NCBI GenBank assembly: GCA_051294375.1 | Contig: CM119264.1 | Location: 23,848,002-23,912,001, forward strand | Length of the DNA stretch: 64,000 nucleotides | Direction: 5' to 3' | DNA from: Paraspadella gotoi | Lineage: Eukaryota > Animalia > Chaetognatha | Shown here: piece after piece, positions 53,799-64,000 of the stretch | Numbering within the stretch: the stretch's first letter is position 1 | Layout: every line of letters starts with the position of its first letter | The notes under the pieces: generated by a model | The model's input: the letters and a program-made list of their open reading frames with translations, nothing else | The model's database searches: none | Told to the model about the DNA's origin: nothing | Made by a program: the position numbers and the translations under genes

Positions 53799-56248
53799 CA
53801 CATGGTATTTTGGAGTCTTGGGACCGACCAAGGTCGATGATCCATCTGAAAGAATTTTCAGTCGAAACATGAAAAGTGAGAATTTGATATTTTTGTGATT
53901 AAAGCTAATGAGGAGTCTATGGAAAAAGGGAAGATAGAGAGGGAGTGAGAGATAGAGGAAGGGAGAGAGAGAAGGAGAGATAAAATGAGCCAGATTAAGG
54001 AATGAAGAGAGGAGAGGGAGTCGAGAATGGAAAATCAGGTTCGTTGTTAGAATCAGTCTTGTTTTTCAACTTTTACTTGTTTCACTATTTTCTATTTTTC
54101 TATTTTATATTAATCTATATTATTTAATTATGTATACATTGCTTTTTTAAAATTTTTACTATCTAATAATTCATTTAGGGCGGGGGAGGTCAGTGTTATC
54201 TTCTGGAAATAGAAATATGTTGAGTTTGATTCTGAGAGACGCAAATAAAGATCAAGAATCGAATTTAAATGATTTTGCCAAGATTTTTGTAAATAGCAGA
54301 GCCGCCTCATAAAATATCAGAGTCAGATTTAATTGGATTCTATACTCTTAACTTCAACAAATCGCTCGACTGCTTTTTTTCAAATGGCTTCTTTTTCCTC
54401 ATTTAAACAGAAAAACATTACATTTTCTCTCTCTCTCTCTCTCTCTCTACAGTCCAAATGATCTCCTCAACCTCACTCACGATATAAAATAATACATTTT
54501 TAAAATCATCTCCTCTCTCTCTCTCTCTCGTATCTCTCTCTCTCTCTCTCTCTCTGCTCTCGTCTCTTATTTTCTCTTCTCTTTGAGTAAACTCTTCAAC
54601 CTCGAACTTCTTTTTCTTCTCCCATATTTTTAATCTTATCTCTATCTCTGTTTCTAACTCCATCTCCCCTTCATTTTCCCCCCTTTTTTTTTTCATATTT
54701 CTTTCTCCTCTGTCACATTCGCCTCACCTCTCGCCCCTGGCTCCCATCCATCCAACCCCCCAAACATCCCCCCCACCCCTCCCCTCACCTCCCACCCNNN
54801 NNNNNNNNNNNNNNNNNNNNNNNNNNNNNNNNNNNNNNNNNNNNNNNNNNNNNNNNNNNNNNNNNNNNNNNNNNNNNNNNNNNNNNNNNNNNNNNNNNNN
54901 NNNNNNNNNNNNNNNNNNNNNNNNNNNNNNNNNNNNNNNNNNNNNNNNNNNNNNNNNNNNNNNNNNNNNNNNNNNNNNNNNNNNNNNNNNNNNNNNNNNN
55001 NNNNNNNNNNNNNNNNNNNNNNNNNNNNNNNNNNNNNNNNNNNNNNNNNNNNNNNNNNNNNNNNNNNNNNNNNNNNNNNNNNNNNNNNNNNNNNNNNNNN
55101 NNNNNNNNNNNNNNNNNNNNNNNNNNNNNNNNNNNNNNNNNNNNNNNNNNNNNNNNNNNNNNNNNNNNNNNNNNNNNNNNNNNNNNNNNNNNNNNNNNNN
55201 NNNNNNNNNNNNNNNNNNNNNNGTCTTCCCCCTGAATGGAGATAAAAGGTTGTAGAAAGAAAATGAATGAAAAGTAAACATCTACTCATGGAAGAAAACA
55301 CGAGAAGATGAGGTTCGGGGGAAGGCGGAGGAATCGTTTAGCCCTTAAAAGAAAAAATATTATAAAATTGGAAGGAAAAGAAGAGGAAAAAATGAAATTT
55401 TGGGAAGAGAAAATATATTTATCGATGGAGAGAAGGAAGGGAAAGATGGTAGGAAAATGGTGGAATTAAAGATAGAGGAAGGGATGATGAATGGAAATAT
55501 GTAGGAAGGATGAACAGGGGGTTAGGAATTGAAGAAATATTAAAAAGCAAACATAGCAAATCGAAAAGGAAGAGACGTCAAAAGTAAGGAATTAAATGTG
55601 GAATATAGAAAGGAAAATGGCATCAAAGTTGGTTTAGCGCTCTAGGGAAAAATCTTAAAATTCAAACAGATTTCGTTCGACACTTCAGACTTTTTTTTAA
55701 ACAAAATTAAAGAAAATACTGAAAAATCTAAAGAAAAAAGAGAAAATATATAAGATAAGCAAACGAGAAGAAATAAAGGAAAAAAGAAAAAAAAAAGAAA
55801 AAAAAAGGCGGGGAAAATCGGGCGGGAGGCGAGATTCGGGACAAATGGACCAAATCTGGACGGAGACAACTTTCGTCTGGTCTCAGGCTCCTTGGGTTGA
55901 TCCCATAAAAGAAACCTCGCAGTGGGAGGCCGAGGGAGGGAGTGGGAGAGTGAGTGTGGAANNNNNNNNNNTGAAGAGAGAAGGTAAGGGGAGTTTCACT
56001 GTTAAGAGATGAAGGGGACCGTGAGATGTAGGTTAGGAGGTAAGGTAGGGGGTAAGTAAAAAGGCGTATCGAGTAGGCAATGAGAAGTAATAAGAAGTAA
56101 ACGGGGAAAGGAAGAGAAATCTTGGAGGAATTACCGAAAGTTCAGGTTTAATACCGGGTTATTATATGCAAAAGAAAAGTATCCAGAGAGAAGGAATTTA
56201 AAGTAATGACTAATGAAGGCTTTAAATGTAGGTCAATAGGGATGGCAT
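51440..56248. repeat. Tandem near-duplication of about 2.3 kb across a 25-N gap (probable gap-fill or haplotype artefact)
   Basis: 51440-53738 is collinear with 53764-56248. Both begin (GA)n-ggc(c)acatggtattttggagtcttgg and end ..caatagggatggcat; they differ by many 1-bp indels. Confidence 0.92.
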
Positions 56249-58202
56249 GTCGCGGCGAGCGACAAGGATTAAAACTTGCAAGGCCTCACAATACTGGTTG
56301 TAAGCGGAGTGAAATGTTGGGCAATGAAGAAAGTGAGAGATGAGGAGTTGAACCAAAATTAAGAGGTTCAACGGGATCGTGAGAGATGAGCAGAAATCAC
56401 GAAGGGAGCTAGTAAAATGTCGCCCTGACATTGAGAAAAGAAAGAAGCCAAAGCTTGAACCTAAACCTTGGTAGGAACAAAATGAAATTTGATAAGAAAT
56501 CCGATGGGTGATCGCAAATGTCCAGAACCGGAGAAAGAAATCTAACGAGATCCCGATTTTGAGAAAAGAAGAAAGAAAAGAGAGGGCAGGCCCTAGATCC
56601 GAAAAAAAAAAAAATTATAATTGATGAAAATTAAGTACCTAATTAAAAATTAGAAATTATAAAAAGAAAATAATAAAAAAATATGGATAAATAATGAAGA
56701 ACAAGGGATGGATGGCTCACAACCTGAAGAGAAGAGAGAAAACAAAAGCTTAAAAGAATCCCTCCTCTGGAAAGAAAGTGGAAAGCGAGAGGAAGCCCGT
56801 AACCTGGACGGGACGCCCGATTGTTCCCTTTGACATCCAATAAAAAATATTACGAGGCGGGGGATTTCGCGCAGCCCAAACCAAATCTCACCCCGCCAAC
56901 GCCGCCGCCGCCGCCGACGCCGCAGCCAGCGCCCCCGCCTCGTCGGGAAAAGGTGAGGGAATTGCCTTTTGAGATATGGGCGGTGTGGGGGAGGGGAGTT
57001 GGAGGAGAGTTGAGGGTAGAGGCGTTTTTTCGGGGATTTAAAAGAAGCGCAGCGGGGGAAAGGTTCGCCGGGGCGTCGCTGGAGANNNNNNNNNNGAGAG
57101 AGAGAGCGTCCCGTGACGAGGAAAATGTGACACATATTTTGCGGATTAAAAGTCAAGAGGAGGATTCTTCTTCTTTTTATTATTCATCCTCCTCTTCTTC
57201 TTCTTCTTCTTCCTCCTCTTTTTCTTCTTCTTCTTCCTCCTCTTTTCCTTTTTATTATTATTCTTCCTCTTCTCTTCGCTTTGATTTAAGGTAAGAAGAG
57301 GAAGAAGAGGAAGAAGAGGAGGAGGAGAAGGAAGAGAAAAAAGAGGAGAAGGGGAAACGAAAGGAAGATGATGAAGGGAGAAGAAATTAGACACAAAAAT
57401 GTAAACTTCTTTGATGGATTATTTATGACGACATTTCGTTACAATTTTACGAAGGAGTACATTTTAAACGTAAAAGTATTTCATGTTATGTTCTCACTTG
57501 TCTAGATTGCATATTTTAGCAGAAAGTCGCAAAGTGACGACCAAAGAAACATTATCAACGTCATTGCAAGAGGCGTCGCTCTTGGTCGTTGACGGGAACC
57601 GTAAACTTGTTAAAAACGCATGAGAGGATTTTTAGTTAAATCTTTTATATCCTTTTATCTATTAGTTTATATATTTATATCATTATATAATTTTTTTTAA
57701 TTATTAAACTAAAATGATTCGGGAATGGGGGAAACTGCAAAACTTTGTTTGAATTTTGTGCATTTGGCACATTTTCACATTGGAACACTCCTCGCTGTGA
57801 TATGTTGACATTCCTATTGATTACAGACTTTAGGTCAGCGCTGGTGTTGAGAAATTGTTACGATCTATCAGAGAGAGAGAGAGAGAGAGAGAAGAGGAAG
57901 AAGAGAGAGAGAGAGAGAGAGAGAGAGGAGGTGGGCAAGTCGTTTGAGGTGTAAAAGAAAGAGGAAGTGAGCAAAGTTTGACCTCGTTATAGGATTCGTT
58001 GGTGAAAAGAGAAGAGCGAAGCAAATGAGATGAAGAAAAGAAAAAAGAAAAAAAGGGAGGAAAAGGAAAAGAGAGGAAAAAGAAAAGAGGTGAACTGTGA
58101 AAGGATTTAGATAAGTTATGACTGACGAAAGAGAGAAAAGTCCTTAGAAGAAAGTTTGATGGACAAGAGAGCTAATGGATGAGAATAAAAGAGGATTATG
58201 AA

Positions 58203-58301
<99 letters not shown>

Positions 58302-59462
58302 CACTCTAGTAAGGAACAAGAGCGTGTCGTTGAGGAAAAGCCGTTTGGCGGGAAATGAGGAAAACAACCGCTGAATCAACTTTTGACGACGAAATAAACA
58401 AAAAAAGTCTCGCGTCGCTGAGACTAATAAAGTTTAGAGGGCGGTTGCCTTTTGTTGTTGTTCGCTTGTTTGTTGTTGTTGACTCTTTATAGTCTCAGGC
58501 TGTTTGTGATTCATGACCACATCTTTCTTTTTTTTTTTTAGGCCGCGAGCGCTTTGTGGTCCTTGTCGGTTGATGTCGCCTCTTTTATCTTGGCACCTGT
58601 AAGATGTTTGACGGTTATCGTTATAATTATAACTTATACCTGGATTATAGATCCTTTCTTAGTTTAATGTACAATTTTACATACCTTTGCGTTTCTTTTA
58701 ATTGTTGTGAAATATTTGTCGAAACGAACAAATTTTTTAAAAAATGTAATGAGAACCAATAATATGTACTATCGTAACGGGTTACGAGTTCAACGGTCGT
58801 TACGAGTTCAAGGCCAGCAACGAGAGTCGAATGACGACGACGAGGACGACAGTTCGCATCACATCGCTTTCTTAGAAAAGTCATTGCTAGTTGGTTACCA
58901 GTCCGTCGCTGCTTGATCGCTGCTTGGTCGCTGCTTGGTCGCTCGAACCGATAAAAGATTTAGAGAAGCGAAACACGTCTCGTCATCGGAAGCTTCGAAG
59001 TTGACGACGGGCGAAAGACGAGGGCATGACGGGAGAGTGACACGAGCGTGATGCTCACGTGGCGCGAGCATGGCACAAACGTGACCAGCGTGGCGTGAGC
59101 GTTGAGGAAGTGTGACTCGTGAGAGAGATTGACGTCAGTTCGCGTAGGACAGGGCGATTTAAAATTGTCGTCGTTTGCACGTTCTGCACGTTTCTTTGAA
59201 CATGACAAAAGCATCTCTCACGTGACAATCGTGACACGATTATGAAGGTCGAGAGTTGCGAAGCGTGACGCTTGACACGTGGCGCGCGAGTCTCATAAAA
59301 AAATAAACATTTTTCCTTCTTCCCGTAAACTTTTTTCTCATTTTTTATTAATACTTTTTCTTCGCATTTTTCCTCTCTAACAGTTTTTAACTTTCCATTT
59401 TATCTTCCCCCCTTTTTTTGTGAATAGGTGAACAGAAAGCGATTATGTTTTTTTTATTATCG

Positions 59463-59560
<98 letters not shown>

Positions 59561-59923
59561 CTACTCAATTCCCATAAACCTAATGGATTGCCAGACGATT
59601 CTCGCATTCAGAAGAGAAAAGAATGAAAGAGAGAATAACGTTGTCTCATAGTAGTAACAACAATTTTATTTGGAGGCGATCCCGCAAATAAGGAATGATG
59701 CTTGTTGCTACTATAATGAATGCCAATCACTAGGGAGTTTTAGCATTTATTTAGCTTGCCTTACTGTAGAATTTTTCCTTTTTTCCGCGCAGTATAATTG
59801 TTATGTATTTAGGGTATGAGTCATGAGGACTAGCAAATATTTTACAAATACTTCGGAACTTCCTTTAGGATTATTTTCTTCCAATTCATGCCGTGGTTAT
59901 TAAACAATGTCTGATTCACTCTT

Positions 59924-59954
<31 letters not shown>

Positions 59955-60063
59955 TTCTCTCTTTTTTCCCTCGCTCTCTCCCTTCCCTATTCAGTCAGTA
60001 AAGAGCTCAAAATCGGATTTGATAAAAACTCAAAACGGGAATTAAATTTCTTCTCGGGTATAA

Positions 60064-60100
<37 letters not shown>

Positions 60101-60759
60101 CTCTTTTCTCAACATTTATTTAAAAGAATGTAACTTGAAAAGTTTTGCTTGCCTATAGTCATCTCTACCGAAGTCAAGGAATTCAGCTTTTTACTCAGGC
60201 CTCATCAATCACAAAGAACGTCAAGGAATCCTTTTCCCTCTAACGATGATGCTGCAAGTTTTTAACTGCAGTTGCAGCTGCTGATTCTTTTTTACTCTAG
60301 TCTTTAGTTTTGTAGACGAAGTTGCGTATCTGGTTTTAGCAACAGCAGAAGCCTTTAGCCCAGAGGCAAAGGAGTCGAAGCTGGATCGCCTGCTCTAACT
60401 GCGGTGCACTCAATACTCAAAAGTTGCCTCAGCAGTTTTGTTGCCGCACCAACAGAAACTTGCCGCAACTCCGTTTTATATTTTTCTCGCCGAAACCAAA
60501 ATCGTTTTCTTTTTCCTTTTGCCACAAATTTTTTTACGATGGAAACGAAAAAAAAAGAAGGAAAAGGAGAAAAAGGAGGAAAAGAGACATAAAAAATGGC
60601 AACAAAGTGAGAAGAAAAGAAAGAAAGAAAAAAGTGGAGGAAAAGGCGAGAAGAAAAGAAAGGTAAGAAAAAATAAAGAGTTTAGGGGATGAAAGAAATT
60701 AAGGAGAAAGGAAAAGACGTCAGTCTGATTTCTTGCCCTTAAAAATCTCTCTCTCTCTT

Positions 60760-60808
<49 letters not shown>

Positions 60809-61030
60809 CTCTCTCTCTCGATCTCTCTATCTCGCCCTCTCCCTCTGGGGAAACGTAAAATTACTCGAAAAGTTTTAAGTGGGAAATAAAAGGGAAGGCG
60901 GTTTGCGATTGATTGCAGCGGGAAACGAATTTATTCTCTTTTTCTTATTTTTTTTCTTCTTCTCTTTTCTTCTCTTTTTTTCTTTCATTTATTTCTCCTT
61001 CATTACTTTTTTTTTCCTTCTCTAATTATC

Positions 61031-61111
<81 letters not shown>

Positions 61112-62227
61112 AGCGAAGGGCTGGAACGGATTCGTTAACAACTTGATCCTTATTGAGAAGAGCAACGTCACTTAGATTTTTAGCCTTACAGAATCGCTTC
61201 GCAAGAAAACGTTGGTATCAATCTCTGTTAATATTATTACTATTAAGATTAATATTAATATTATTATTAATATTAAAACCGAATTAAATGAAAAGAAAAA
61301 AATGCAAAGAAAACTTTAGGGCAAAACTCTAATAACTGGTTGTCATATTCTAAATTCGATTTTTAAGTTAATATTATTCCTCTATAGAAAATTTTAATAA
61401 TTGTTGTCACCGGTGAATTATTTTTCTCTTTCTTTTTTTTAATTTCAATTTTTTGGGGTACTTTTTTAATTCTAGTCCTTTTGTTTCCCCTCTCGCGTTC
61501 CAAAGGTTTGCTTCGAGAACCCATTGGTCTTTCATAAAATCGATGGAACATTCTTTCCATTTCTTGGAATTTCCGATAAAAGTCTTTTCGAAGCGTTTTC
61601 TTGTCCCCATGCTCACATTCCTCTTCCCATCGCGCATAGTTTCGCTTTTTTCTATGCCTCCCATCCGCACTTGCTATGTACGTTCACCTTTCCACACATT
61701 CCAGCTCATACATTCACAGAATTTTAGGTCTATGGCTTTGTTTAGTTTTCTCTGCAGAAAGCCGTTATTAGCCGGTTATTCAACCTGTCATTCGAGAGAG
61801 GGAGGGAAGGTTTTTTAAGGATCGTTTTACTAACGTAAACAAAGATTAAAAACTTTTTTAGGACGAGGCACCATACTATATTACTGTGGATCCGACATCA
61901 TTTCTTCGTTGAAGCAATGAGGCCACCCATTGCGGGTAGACAGAGAGAGAGGAAGAGAGACAGAGACAGAGACGCAGAGAGAAAGTAAAGTAGAAGAAGG
62001 ATGTTAGAAAGAGACAGAAAGAGTAAGAGAAAAAGAAAGGCGAGAAATAAAAAAGATCGCAAACACCATGGGATGTTGCTACGTGATACCATGATGCTTC
62101 CTCCGGTCGTGAGGTCATCAGTGACCCGGTCTGACCTCTGGTGGCGGGACACAGGAGCCATCGCCCATCTAGCGGATAGAAAAAGGTGAAAGTGAGAGAG
62201 AGAGAAGAGAGTGAGGAGGAAGAGACG

Positions 62228-62262
<35 letters not shown>

Positions 62263-62540
62263 TGAGAGAAGAAGATATAAAGAGAAATGGAGGACGGATG
62301 TAGGGAGAAAAGAGAGAAAGAGGAAAGTAGCAAGACAGAGCTCAAGACAGCCCAGGAGAGAGAGAGAGGAGAGAGGAAGGGAGAGGGAGGGAGAGAGGAG
62401 AGAGAGAGAGAGAGAGAGAGAGGAAGGGGAGAGTTCCAGAGGAAGAGAACGAACTATCGCGAATTCTTAATGGGAGTGAAATTTTTTCACGGAGTCGCGA
62501 GAGCTTACGCGAGCGAAACTGAGAGAGAGAGAGAGATGAG

Positions 62541-62597
<57 letters not shown>

Positions 62598-62599
62598 GG

Positions 62600-62666
<67 letters not shown>

Positions 62667-64000
62667 TGAGAGAGAGAGAGAGAGGAGAGAGAGAGAAAGG
62701 AATGTGTGTGTGCTCTGGTTGTTCCTTCTTTCCGTTGAACAAGAAAAACAAATAAAAGGACGGATTTTCTCTCTTTTTTCTTTTTGCTTCTTTGAAAAAG
62801 TGAAAAAAGGGAGAAAAGACCAAAAGGGATATGTAGTATCATTTCATAAGTCTAAAATGTATTTGCAGTCGAAATACTGCATTATTATATATCTAAGCAA
62901 TAACAAAAATTTGGTTTCTGTTTACTTAAATGCATGAGACGAACAAAAGAACAAAAGAAGATGGTGTTCAAAGGACGCAGCTATTTTTGTTCCCGTCCTT
63001 TACAAGATGGAGTCCTGGAGTCTCCTACGGCGATGTAATTTCTTTCTTTTTCGTTTTTCTTTTCCTTTTTTCCTTATTTTCTTTTTTTCTTTCTCATTTT
63101 CACTTAATATTCTTTTTTTTCTCTTCTTTCTTTCTTTTCACTCTTTCTCTGTCTTTTTATTTCAACCCTTCTTTCTATTATTTGGACTATTTCTTTCCTT
63201 CTTTCTTTCTTTTCTCCTTTTCTTTCTGTCCCGCTGCTTTGGAAAATCACCCACCCACCGGCGGCCAGTCTTTTTTTCTTCTCCATCTTTTCTTGACATT
63301 TTCATCCCATCTCCATCAACCATCAACCAGAGTCGCCCTACAAAACCCAGCAACATCAAAAGTCGCCCTATAACCGACGTCGCGATTTTTCTTCAGACAA
63401 TTTCGCCTCTCTCTCCCTCTCTCTCTCTCTCTCTATCTCTCCATGTCTCCTTCTCACTGTTTGTTGTTACAACATTAGCCTCAGTTTCTGTCGTTTAAAT
63501 CATCTAATTGCGCGCATGCTCTCTGCCTCTCTCGCTCTTTCGCTCTCTCTTTCTCTCAGTCTCTCTGTCTCTCTCGCCCCCGAGTCTCTACCTCCTTTGC
63601 TCCGCCACGAGATAGGAAGAGAATTATTAATGGCGCCGGCGAACGAGAGAGATCCAAATATCAGCGATTTTTCCCTTGACTTCTCTTCATATCAGTTCAA
63701 GATCTAATTCATGGAATCCAGATAATGTGGCCCTTGTTGAAAGTCTTCCAGAGGATAACGACCCCAACGCCTAAGTAACACACTCCGCAATCAAAATAGA
63801 GCTCATACATCGCATATGGTCGTTCATAAATTATATATATGAATAGAAACAATTTAAAGATCATTAAGGGACAAGTTTTAAGTCAGAACTTGCATCTGTA
63901 CGTGAAACCATACTTTCGCGATATTTGTTGTTTGTAACATCAACTTTAAATCTTGTTTTAAGTTAGTTATAATCAAGATGATAACCATACTAATTGGACG

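Overview
Eukaryotic, probably invertebrate-animal, draft genomic DNA dominated by simple sequence repeats ((GA)n, (GAAA)n, (GGAA)n, (TAT)n and unusually frequent CpG-containing (CGT/GAC)n), with 11 N-gaps. Almost all ORFs in the supplied track are translations of microsatellites. Three things are well supported. (1) A spliced + strand GT31 (beta-1,3-galactosyltransferase/Brainiac-like) gene with three phase-compatible exons (14550-14865, 15317-15639, 16034-16385). It keeps an intact frame and the xED motif but lacks the DxD motif and apparently the C-terminal metal-binding His, so it may be a pseudo-enzyme or a metal-independent variant; this is the most interesting observation. (2) A decayed maT (DD37D, Tc1/mariner superfamily) transposon on the - strand at about 8.5-9.85 kb. 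(3) A BEL/Pao LTR retrotransposon at about 45.7-51.1 kb, with RT, RNase H and integrase motifs, a PPT and a 3' LTR; most of its 5' LTR, the PBS, gag and protease are missing. There are also several minisatellites, two weak tRNA-SINE candidates, promoter-like motif clusters, and tandem near-duplications. Two of the duplications straddle 25-N gaps and are probably gap-filling artefacts. I found no evidence for a multi-gene novel system, CRISPR array, rRNA or intact tRNA. All calls were made by eye, without database searches.
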